From assembly GCA_003598135.1 (NCBI GenBank), contig QZKA01000019.1:107690-169413 (forward strand): a stretch of DNA of 61,724 bases, given 5' to 3'. Each line of letters starts with the position of its first letter. Position 1 is the first letter of the stretch. This stretch comes from Candidatus Omnitrophota bacterium (GTDB taxonomy: Bacteria; Omnitrophota; Gorgyraeia; Gygaellales; Profunditerraquicolaceae). Positions 9,293-18,269 of the stretch are shown in pieces. The notes under the pieces were generated by a model. It was given only the letters and a program-made list of their open reading frames with translations, was not told the origin of the DNA and did no database searches. A program made the position numbers and the translations under genes.

Positions 9293-10004
9293 CAATACCC
9301 CCAAATCTCCTCTTGCGCCTCTGGAATTCCTTGATCGCCCGAAAAAGGTCTTCGTTACAGAAATCAGGCCAATATTTTTTTGGAAAATAAAGCTCTGCGT
9401 ATGAAAGCTGCCAAAGGAGAAAATTACTGATACGCAGTTCACCGCTTGTGCGAATTAAAAGGTCTACGTCCGGCAAATCGGCAGCGTAGAGGTGCGTGCG
9501 GAATTCTTCTTCGTCGATATCTTCCGGGACAAGGGTTCCTGCCTGCACCGACCGCGCACAGCCCCTGGCCGCATCCACAATCTCCTGGCGGGCTCCATAA
9601 TTGAATGCCAACACTAGTGCCATGCCTGCGTTAGCCTTGGTGTGTTCCTGCGCGCTCTTTATCTTCACCCTAAGGAAACTGGGGAGTTGTTCAGTGCGCC
9701 CGATTACCCTAAAACGGATATCGTTTTTTTTAAGTTCGCCTATATTACGGTCAAGGTATGCGCCGAGAGAATTCATCAACAGGACAATTTCCCTTTTCGG
9801 CCTTGACCAATTCTCTGTAGAAAACGCAAAGAGGGTTAATACCTTGATGCCCGCCTTGACCGCAGTCTCTATCAGCTCTTTCACCCGCTTCATCCCCTGA
9901 CGGTGCCCGACTGTCCTTGGCAGGCCCCGCTGGCGTGCCCAGCGGCCGTTACCGTCCATAATGACCGCGACGTGTTCTGGTAAGCCTTTTTTTACAATTT
10001 TCAT
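9270..10004 (-). CDS. uppS: Undecaprenyl (isoprenyl) diphosphate synthase
   Basis: 244 aa. HVAVIMDGNGRWA and RTSGELRISNFLLWQ motifs. Confidence 0.95.
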   Translation of the reverse strand: MKIVKKGLPEHVAVIMDGNGRWARQRGLPRTVGHRQGMKRVKELIETAVKAGIKVLTLFAFSTENWSRPKREIVLLMNSLGAYLDRNIGELKKNDIRFRVIGRTEQLPSFLRVKIKSAQEHTKANAGMALVLAFNYGARQEIVDAARGCARSVQAGTLVPEDIDEEEFRTHLYAADLPDVDLLIRTSGELRISNFLLWQLSYAELYFPKKYWPDFCNEDLFRAIKEFQRRKRRFGGIDVDEKNN

Positions 10005-10017
10005 TATTCCTCTGCGC

Positions 10018-10080
10018 TAAATAATAAAATTCAAATGGCAAACGCACTACAGACACACATTAAGCGATTTGGCATTTGAA
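10018..10080 (-). terminator. Candidate intrinsic terminator after the GH57 gene
   Basis: Arms 10030-10042 and 10068-10080 pair over 13 bp with one mismatch, extended by CGC/GCG. On the minus strand this is followed by TTTTATTATTT. The loop is rather large. Confidence 0.45.
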
Positions 10081-10081
10081 T

Positions 10082-11662
10082 CTATGTATGAACCCTGTAA
10101 TCTATCGCGGGGAAAATAGCATCCTTGTATTCGATCTGGGCAAGCCATTCTTCATCGATGGAATTCGCTTTGATATCCTCATAAAGGCGCAAGAATCTCA
10201 AGAGATGGTCCTTGGTGCGCTGAACCGCATAACCCGTATGAGTACCTGTGCCCATGATAAACGCCCAGTCAGAACTCTCAGCAAGCAGTAGTTCCCGTAA
10301 CGCCTGATTTAATGCCCTCTTTAAAATCCCTGTTGCTTCGGGGAAGGTCTTTGCTAATTCTGTCATCCTCAAGCAGCCCGCATGCAGGTGGCGGTAGATC
10401 CAGTCATTTGAACCCTGAAGCCACATTTCGCTGTAACCTTTCCATCCCCAACTCGAAAGAGACGGCGTAATCACCTGGTTACGCGGATTCTCCACAAGGT
10501 ATTCAGAAGGGGTAATCAAGCGGATTTCATTCTGGTCAAAAGCAATCTTCCTGATTAAAAATTCAAGCCACATCGGCCCCTCATACCACCAATGGCCGTA
10601 CAACTCGGTGTCGTAAGGCGAGACAATCAATGGCTTCTTCTGCATAATGCCATAGAGATAATTAATCTGCTGCTGGCGGTTGAACATAAAATTACCCGCG
10701 TGCTCCGCAGCCTTTTCGCGCGCCCAGTCAGGCGCATACGGATCTTTATGGTTTGAGGTTCCTGTGATACGGTAGTATTTTATGCCTGTATTAATCCTTA
10801 TTCCGTCCGGATGGATATAGGGCTTGATATACTCGTATTCGAGGTCAAAACCGATATCGCGGTAGAATTCGCGGTAATTATAATCTCCGGGATAACCCTC
10901 GATTGAAGACCATACCTGCTTTGAAGATTCAAGGTCTCTGGCAAAACTCGCAACGCCAGTGCCTTTGCAGTATACCGGAGCAAACACCCCGTATTTCGGA
11001 CGAGGCGTTCCGTGCAAAACTCCGTGGGAATCGGTAAAAAAATAACGGATACCGCATTCTTTAAGAATCTCGTCCTGTCCCGGATGATATCCGCATTCCG
11101 GCAGCCATATCCCCCTTGGTTTTCTTCCAAATACCCCCTCGTAGTGGCTGACAGCGACCTTTACCTGCGCCCTTACCGATTCACGGCACACATCCAGAAG
11201 CGGAAAATAACCATGCGTGGCACCGCAGGTAACAATCTCAAGCCTGCCTGCGTCCTGAAAATCCTTAAAGGCCAATGCCAGATTCCTATGGTATCTCTCG
11301 AATGTTTCCCTGGCCTTGTAAAACTGGTTTAAATACATGATGGCCAATGACTGGAAGTGTGACTGCCAGGCAGTCCGTTCTATTTCCTTATGGGCAAGCT
11401 CAATGAGCTTGTTGATATGTTTGAGGTAACGCTCCTGTAAAAGGGGATCCGCAAGCATAGACACCAATGTCGGAGTCAACGACATAGTAAGACGAAAATC
11501 AACGCGCTCGCTGATCAGGCGCTCGAACATTCCGATGAGGGGAATGTACGTTTCGGTGATCGCCTCATACAGCCAATCCTCTTCCAGAAAATCTTCATGT
11601 TCCGGATGCCGGACATACGGAAGGTGGCTATGGAGCACTATACAAAGATATCCCTTATGCAT
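10082..11662 (-). CDS. GH57-family 1,4-alpha-glucan branching enzyme
   Basis: N-terminus MHKGYLCIVLHSHLPYVRHPEHEDFLEEDWLYEAITETYIPLI and the overall length are typical of GH57 branching enzymes. Start set at the ATG at 11660-11662; the track M1 at 11683 is TTG. Confidence 0.85.
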   Translation of the reverse strand: MHKGYLCIVLHSHLPYVRHPEHEDFLEEDWLYEAITETYIPLIGMFERLISERVDFRLTMSLTPTLVSMLADPLLQERYLKHINKLIELAHKEIERTAWQSHFQSLAIMYLNQFYKARETFERYHRNLALAFKDFQDAGRLEIVTCGATHGYFPLLDVCRESVRAQVKVAVSHYEGVFGRKPRGIWLPECGYHPGQDEILKECGIRYFFTDSHGVLHGTPRPKYGVFAPVYCKGTGVASFARDLESSKQVWSSIEGYPGDYNYREFYRDIGFDLEYEYIKPYIHPDGIRINTGIKYYRITGTSNHKDPYAPDWAREKAAEHAGNFMFNRQQQINYLYGIMQKKPLIVSPYDTELYGHWWYEGPMWLEFLIRKIAFDQNEIRLITPSEYLVENPRNQVITPSLSSWGWKGYSEMWLQGSNDWIYRHLHAGCLRMTELAKTFPEATGILKRALNQALRELLLAESSDWAFIMGTGTHTGYAVQRTKDHLLRFLRLYEDIKANSIDEEWLAQIEYKDAIFPAIDYRVHT

Positions 11663-11698
11663 ATTTTCCCGCCGTGAAAACAATGTGCCTTCTATGCA

Positions 11699-12703
11699 CT
11701 AACCTATTTTTGTTTCTCTGGTAACAGTGGGGGTGATGCTGCGCTCTTCTTCGTTGTCTGCGGAAACCGCTTTTACGGGTATCACCTGTTTGCCGTCAGG
11801 AAGGGCGAAACGCAGGGTAAATGTTCCATCCCGTCGAAGTTTTATTGATTTTCCCTGAACTGTCAGCTTGGCATCCGGCTCTGTTGCGCCATAGACGATT
11901 AACTCACAATCTACGACCAGCCAAAAAGTCCTGCCCTTAGGAACTCCCCGCACAGGGCTGGAAACAGAGGTAATCCCGGGAGACGCTAATACTCCCGAAA
12001 AAAGCGCTTTTTTTACTCTTTCCTGCCAAGCCTTTCCTACCGGCGAACTCTGACCGAGACCAAAACCCATGCCATAAAGCTTAGCGAACATCTCCTCCGG
12101 AATCATCCATTCCTCATCCGTAATACAAGAAGGCCCATCCAGGGGAGTCATTACGGTATTTGAACGCACTATGGTGATAAATTCGCCGTTAGGCAGCCGT
12201 AAACCGTAATCAACGCACCAAGTACGGCCAGGTCCCGCGGTATCGATATACCAGTTACTTGCTTCCGGATGCACCTCAATATCAAAGTACCTATGGGCAT
12301 TCCTGCCGTTAAAGCTTATCTGACTAACGTCGTAGACACGGATGACTTTTTTTACGCGACAAAACGTATCCTGCAGTTCCTGTTTAAGCCGTTCCCACGT
12401 ACCCTGGGTCACCTCCCAGTAAGAATGGAGCCACCATGGATCTCTTACTTGAAGTATTATTTTATCCTGGCCGTATCCTGTAGGCAATTCGTGATGCATC
12501 GTCCTCTTAAAACGCGGGGGCTCAGGGTGAGAAAACTTAGTCGTACCTACTGCAGTCTCCTGGTAGCCCAGAACACCTTCTTGCGCCGGCACGGTTTTAC
12601 AAACATCCTGTTTGCGGACCGGCTGTTTCAATGATATCCTTGCCTTCTTGCCCTTGTTGATTATGGTCTTTAGTTTTTCTTTTAATTTCCGCATTAATGC
12701 CAT
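11699..12703 (-). CDS. DUF4912-domain protein (usual partner of GH57 branching enzymes)
   Basis: 334 aa. The ILQVRDPWWLHSYWEV block is characteristic of DUF4912. Strong SD GGAGGTGAGGT before the ATG. Confidence 0.7.
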   Translation of the reverse strand: MALMRKLKEKLKTIINKGKKARISLKQPVRKQDVCKTVPAQEGVLGYQETAVGTTKFSHPEPPRFKRTMHHELPTGYGQDKIILQVRDPWWLHSYWEVTQGTWERLKQELQDTFCRVKKVIRVYDVSQISFNGRNAHRYFDIEVHPEASNWYIDTAGPGRTWCVDYGLRLPNGEFITIVRSNTVMTPLDGPSCITDEEWMIPEEMFAKLYGMGFGLGQSSPVGKAWQERVKKALFSGVLASPGITSVSSPVRGVPKGRTFWLVVDCELIVYGATEPDAKLTVQGKSIKLRRDGTFTLRFALPDGKQVIPVKAVSADNEEERSITPTVTRETKIG

Positions 12704-12720
12704 ACCTCACCTCCTACAGA

Positions 12721-12749
12721 ATAAAAAAAGGGATTACCATCCCTTTTTT
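12721..12749 (-). terminator. Intrinsic terminator hairpin (A/T-flanked, potentially bidirectional)
   Basis: AAAAAAGGGAT-TACC-ATCCCTTTTTT, an 11-bp stem. It lies 56 nt after the stop of the coiled-coil gene and about 18 nt before the DUF4912 ATG. Confidence 0.6.
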
Positions 12750-12804
12750 AGGAATAAGCGTATATTTCATCGGCACTATCTCATATAGTAATGGTTCTCG
12801 TAAA

Positions 12805-13170
12805 TTAGTTTTTCGGTGTAGGCGCAAACCGCACGCTTTCTGTCACGGTAGCATTCGCAAGCTTGTTTAGTTCTTCCTTAAGGCCCTGCGCAATCAATCG
12901 TTCCTGGGCCAGGAGCTTGCCGGATTCTGAACGCGCCTTGATTTCTTCTTCAAGTGCTTTATCTTTTTCTTTAATTTTAACTTCCAGCGCTTTATTCTCC
13001 TGCATCATCTTATTGAGTTTTTCTTCTATCTCAATCCTTGCGTATAACTCTTTGTCCTTCGCAAGTTTCTGCCGGTGAGAGCCGCTGCAAGAACCAACCG
13101 CGACAATCAGAAAAACTGCATTGCTGATTGCCAGTCCTATTACAAGTTTCTGCCTAAGCTGTTCATTCAT
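12805..13170 (-). CDS. Small coiled-coil envelope protein, probable lipoprotein
   Basis: 121 aa. Signal-like N-terminus ending IVAVGSC (lipobox-like), followed by a heptad-rich Lys/Glu helix. No recognisable family. Confidence 0.55.
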   Translation of the reverse strand: MNEQLRQKLVIGLAISNAVFLIVAVGSCSGSHRQKLAKDKELYARIEIEEKLNKMMQENKALEVKIKEKDKALEEEIKARSESGKLLAQERLIAQGLKEELNKLANATVTESVRFAPTPKN

Positions 13171-13196
13171 AACAGCGCATTAAAAATTAATGCACC

Positions 13197-13856
13197 CTAT
13201 TTAAAATTACCTTTTGACTCAACGGGTTCCTTCGTTTTTTGACCTCTATCCAACTCTTTGACCTTAGTAAGTGACGGAACGATCACCACCTCGACCCTTC
13301 TGTTAAGCTGACGGCCTTCTCTGGTATCGTTGGAAGCAATAGGATGGAATTCGCCGTAACCAATCGCAGAAAGCCTTCCGGGAGCAATCCCTTTCTGCTC
13401 AGTAAGATAATAAAGGACGCTGAGCGCCCTTTCGGTAGACAATTGCCAGTTGGATTTCCATCCGGAGCGCTTAATAGGCTGGTTGTCAGTATGTCCCTCA
13501 ATCCCTACTTTTAGGTTCGGGACGTTTTCCTTCAGCACCTCTGCCACCTTATCGAGCGTCGGAAACACCTGCGTCCTGATTTTTGCCTTTCCTGAATCAA
13601 AGAGAACATCGGCCAGAAAAGTAATAACCAGACCCTTCTCGGCCATTTCAAGCCTTACTTGCTTCCCGCCGATTTCTGAGCTCAACCTTTCCTCAAGTAT
13701 CCTTTTGGCCTGGGCAAGTTCGTCCACCTGACGAGAGAGGGATTCGATTTTTTCGACATCTGACCTTCTGCCTTTCTGGATAATAAAGGTACAGCCGCTT
13801 GCCAAAACAGACAATATAACTATGGCTGCCATTTGCGAAAATCTTTCTTTTTTCAT
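13197..13856 (-). CDS. OmpA/MotB-family peptidoglycan-binding lipoprotein
   Basis: 219 aa. Signal plus LASGC, a short coiled coil, then the OmpA-like domain GHTDNQPI...NWQLSTERALSVLYYL...NRRVEVVI. Confidence 0.85.
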   Translation of the reverse strand: MKKERFSQMAAIVILSVLASGCTFIIQKGRRSDVEKIESLSRQVDELAQAKRILEERLSSEIGGKQVRLEMAEKGLVITFLADVLFDSGKAKIRTQVFPTLDKVAEVLKENVPNLKVGIEGHTDNQPIKRSGWKSNWQLSTERALSVLYYLTEQKGIAPGRLSAIGYGEFHPIASNDTREGRQLNRRVEVVIVPSLTKVKELDRGQKTKEPVESKGNFK

Positions 13857-13895
13857 CTTTTTCCTCCTTTAAATGCTAAGTTTCAGTAAATTCTG

Positions 13896-13924
13896 ACTAT
13901 AGCACAAGCCTTCTTTATAGTCAA
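13896..13924 (-). promoter_or_regulatory. Sigma70-type promoter for the OmpA-like/coiled-coil pair
   Basis: Minus strand reads TTGACT (13924-13919), a 17-nt spacer, then TATAGT (13901-13896). A strong SD AAAGGAGGAAAAAG precedes the ATG at 13856. Confidence 0.55.
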
Positions 13925-13939
13925 GCTATTTTAGGTTCC

Positions 13940-15262
<1,323 letters not shown>

Positions 15263-16504
15263 CTAAGGGCTCATAGCGAATATCTTACGGGCGATATCGG
15301 GATATTTTGCGATAAATTTCAATTCCTCATCCACCAAGGGTTTCTGATTGTGCACATTGGCATAACGGGCAAGCTCCAGGACATTGGCTGCCTCACGATC
15401 ATCCTTGAAAGCCACTTCCAGCTTATCGTATACATTACGAAAACCTTTAATTCCTGAATATTCGCCAAGCGTAATATTGCGCCCCGTCTCTATGATTTCC
15501 GGTTCTCCGCGGCCTAGTTCCTCAAAATCATAAAGCTCGTAATTCCTTCTGTCTTTGAGGGCCCCATCGGCATGGATGCCTGACTCGTGCGCGAATGCGT
15601 TTGCGCCAACTCCCGGCTGATTGATCGGTATGGGTATGCCGAAAGCATACGAGGCGTATTTACAAAGCCGCCAGGCGACTTTTAGATTGATGCGCTCATC
15701 TAGCGCATACTTATCTTTTGTGCCGCTGCCATACCGTAATGCAAGCACGACGGCGACTAAATCAGCGTTTCCCGCCCTCTCCCCCATCCCATTGACGCAG
15801 GTATTGATATATGCGTCAAAACCGGCATCGTTTGCTGCCATTGCTCCGGCAATAGAATTGGCAACTACTAACCCCAAATCATTATGGCAATGCACCTCGA
15901 TTGGCAGCTGTACCGCCTCAACCAGTTTTCCTATCCGCTCATACATCACTGAGGGTGTCTCGTACCCGAGCGTATCACAATAGCGGATCCTGTCTGCGCC
16001 GGCTTCCTTCGCAGCAAGCGCAAACTCAATCAAATATTCCATCCGGGTCCTTGAGGCATCTTCGGCATTCACGCCAATACTCTCAGCACCCAGCTTACGC
16101 GCCTCTTTTGTGGCTTCTGCCATTTCTTTTATGACGGTAGAATAATCGAGTTTACCTCTGAATTTATGCACAATCATCTGGTCAGAAGTAGATATCGAGA
16201 GGTTTAAATGCTTAATCCCGGGAACGAGCTTAAATGTGATAACCACATCCTCCTTGGTTGCCCGGATCCATCCGCCCAGCCTGATGGGAATCAGCGCCCC
16301 CTCCTTGGCGAGCTCGAGGTTCGCATTAAGATAATTGGTTTCATGGTGCGTAAGCGGAAACCCGAACTCCGACTGAAATACCCCCAATTCATTGAGGTAC
16401 ATATTAATCATGGTTTTCTGAAGTTTTGAAAGACAGATGCGCGAGGTCTGCACCCCATCGCGGTTAGTCACATCAATAAGATATATCTTTGGCTTCTGAG
16501 TCAT
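15263..16504 (-). CDS. HMGL-like (DRE-TIM) family synthase, homocitrate/isopropylmalate/Re-citrate synthase-like
   Basis: 413 aa. N-terminal LIDVTNRDGVQT, where LeuA/NifV have TLRDGEQ. HCHNDLGL and HESGIH metal/active-site motifs are present. There is no LeuA regulatory domain. The substrate cannot be assigned from the sequence alone. Confidence 0.6.
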   Translation of the reverse strand: MTQKPKIYLIDVTNRDGVQTSRICLSKLQKTMINMYLNELGVFQSEFGFPLTHHETNYLNANLELAKEGALIPIRLGGWIRATKEDVVITFKLVPGIKHLNLSISTSDQMIVHKFRGKLDYSTVIKEMAEATKEARKLGAESIGVNAEDASRTRMEYLIEFALAAKEAGADRIRYCDTLGYETPSVMYERIGKLVEAVQLPIEVHCHNDLGLVVANSIAGAMAANDAGFDAYINTCVNGMGERAGNADLVAVVLALRYGSGTKDKYALDERINLKVAWRLCKYASYAFGIPIPINQPGVGANAFAHESGIHADGALKDRRNYELYDFEELGRGEPEIIETGRNITLGEYSGIKGFRNVYDKLEVAFKDDREAANVLELARYANVHNQKPLVDEELKFIAKYPDIARKIFAMSP

Positions 16505-16508
16505 ACTC

Positions 16509-18245
16509 TCACCTCTTTATTATTTGTTTTAATTCTTCCTTAGTAGGGACTCCTGCCGAGCTGAATACTTCCTGATTCTCCAGAAGATAAGTCGGCCCGA
16601 ACATAATGCCTAATTCTTTATTCAGGCTGATATTTTCTCTCAAAAGCGTTTTGCCTTCTTCTGTCTTTGCGCATGTTTTTATTTTCTCTGAATCGCACCC
16701 TGTAAGGCATCCATCCCACCAGGAACTTTCCGCGTTGCCGGCACGGCATTCTAGATAGTGCCAAAATTGCCCGGGGTAATATTTTTGTACACACACCGCG
16801 CGCAAATCATCTTCTATCTCCGGGGTGCCTTTAGGCGCGTCAAAACCTTGGTCCTGCGGCACGGCAAGAAAATGTATCTGCGGGTCAAACTCTTTTACGG
16901 CTGCCAATAATGCAGGCGTCTGCGGGCCATAAAGACTTATAAACAAGTCAAACCCGCCCTTTACTCTTTCTCTTTCTATAAAATAGTTAATGCCGCTTGC
17001 CTCAGGCTTAATGATATAAAAGCCTTCTTTTGCGATGAGGTTTTTATTAAACGTGCCAAAATCCTTGTCTTGTTCTATTTCCTTGCTGAACAAATACGCA
17101 GGTAGTCCTTTAAGTTGATACTTACGGATAAGTTCTTTTGCCTCGGCACCGGGATAGTACACATAGGAAACTTCAAGCCCTGCAAAGACCTTCTCAAGTG
17201 AATCAACCACTTTCTCCGGATGACAGGTGACGCACGCTTTTGAGGTAATCACGGTAAGTGGTATCTTCGTTGCCTCGGTAAATATGCACTGCGACTGAAG
17301 ACTGCCTCCGTCTTTGCATTCACCCACCATGCCTTCCTGTTTGCAATTTATATCCGAAAAACAACGCGGCAGTATCGCGCTTATCTCTTCATTATTGGCA
17401 ATCTCATCCGAAAGGCGGATCGACTCTATTTTGGCATTATCAATTTTACTGTCCTTTACGGTAAATATTGCCTTGCCCATCTCCCTGCCTTGCCAAGGAG
17501 CCCGGAGTAACCATGTTGAACCAACCTGTTCAAAAGTCTCCTGCCTTGCGCCTCCTGCCAGGATAAGTACGTCTATCCTGCCGACTTCTTCAATCAAGCG
17601 CAGTGATTCTTCTTCGCTGAGATTGCTCAACAACACTACTATATCTATCCCTTGCTTTTTCAGGTCCTCTAATGTTTGTGCGAGTGCTCTTTTTGGCTCA
17701 ATAAACTGTACTCCCGCGGCTTTCTTTACTGCGGCAAGCGAAGTAACGCCAACAACGCCGATTTTAAGCCCACTGATATCCTTGATGAAATAAGGTTTCA
17801 CCCCCGGCAAAATGGAGTTACACGAAAGAAAGGGCACCTTTGTGGCAGCAATGGCGCTGACAAGGAACTCCTGACCGAAATTAAACTCTTCGTCTGAAAC
17901 AGCTACGGCATCATATCCCATAGTCTCCATAGCGGCAAGGTTAATCTTTGTGCGCTGCATATCCAGTTGCGTATTTTGGTTGAATTCATCCAAGAGGCCG
18001 CCTGAGAAAAACCTTCCGGCGTCTACCAGAAGTATCGCAGGATTGTCTTTCCTTGTCTCTTTTACGATCGTTGCGCGCCGCGCAATTCCGCCGTCGGGTT
18101 TCTTAGGACAATTACAGTGATAAAGCATGGCGTGGGTTTGGCCCGAAAAAAGAACGGTGATTTCCTGGGCACGCACCACGCACAACCCAGAACTCACAAA
18201 CAGGCTACAGCAGGCCAAAATTACGCATATCTTCTTCGTACACAT
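16509..18245 (-). CDS. Secreted protein: degenerate 5'-nucleotidase/metallophosphatase-like domain plus C-terminal thioredoxin/DsbA-like domains
   Basis: 578 aa. Signal peptide MCTKKICVILACCSLFVSSGLCVVRA. The N-terminal half is collinear with UshA-type phosphoesterases (ILLVDAG, GYDAVAVSDEEFNFG, VPFLSCN, KIGVVGVT, DIVVLLS, IDVLILAGG), but the metal ligands are substituted. The C-terminal half has a CVTC motif and a GPTYLLENQEVF thioredoxin-fold end. Confidence 0.55.
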   Translation of the reverse strand: MCTKKICVILACCSLFVSSGLCVVRAQEITVLFSGQTHAMLYHCNCPKKPDGGIARRATIVKETRKDNPAILLVDAGRFFSGGLLDEFNQNTQLDMQRTKINLAAMETMGYDAVAVSDEEFNFGQEFLVSAIAATKVPFLSCNSILPGVKPYFIKDISGLKIGVVGVTSLAAVKKAAGVQFIEPKRALAQTLEDLKKQGIDIVVLLSNLSEEESLRLIEEVGRIDVLILAGGARQETFEQVGSTWLLRAPWQGREMGKAIFTVKDSKIDNAKIESIRLSDEIANNEEISAILPRCFSDINCKQEGMVGECKDGGSLQSQCIFTEATKIPLTVITSKACVTCHPEKVVDSLEKVFAGLEVSYVYYPGAEAKELIRKYQLKGLPAYLFSKEIEQDKDFGTFNKNLIAKEGFYIIKPEASGINYFIERERVKGGFDLFISLYGPQTPALLAAVKEFDPQIHFLAVPQDQGFDAPKGTPEIEDDLRAVCVQKYYPGQFWHYLECRAGNAESSWWDGCLTGCDSEKIKTCAKTEEGKTLLRENISLNKELGIMFGPTYLLENQEVFSSAGVPTKEELKQIIKR

Positions 18246-18269
18246 AGGCGATTTATTTTTAAGAACTAC

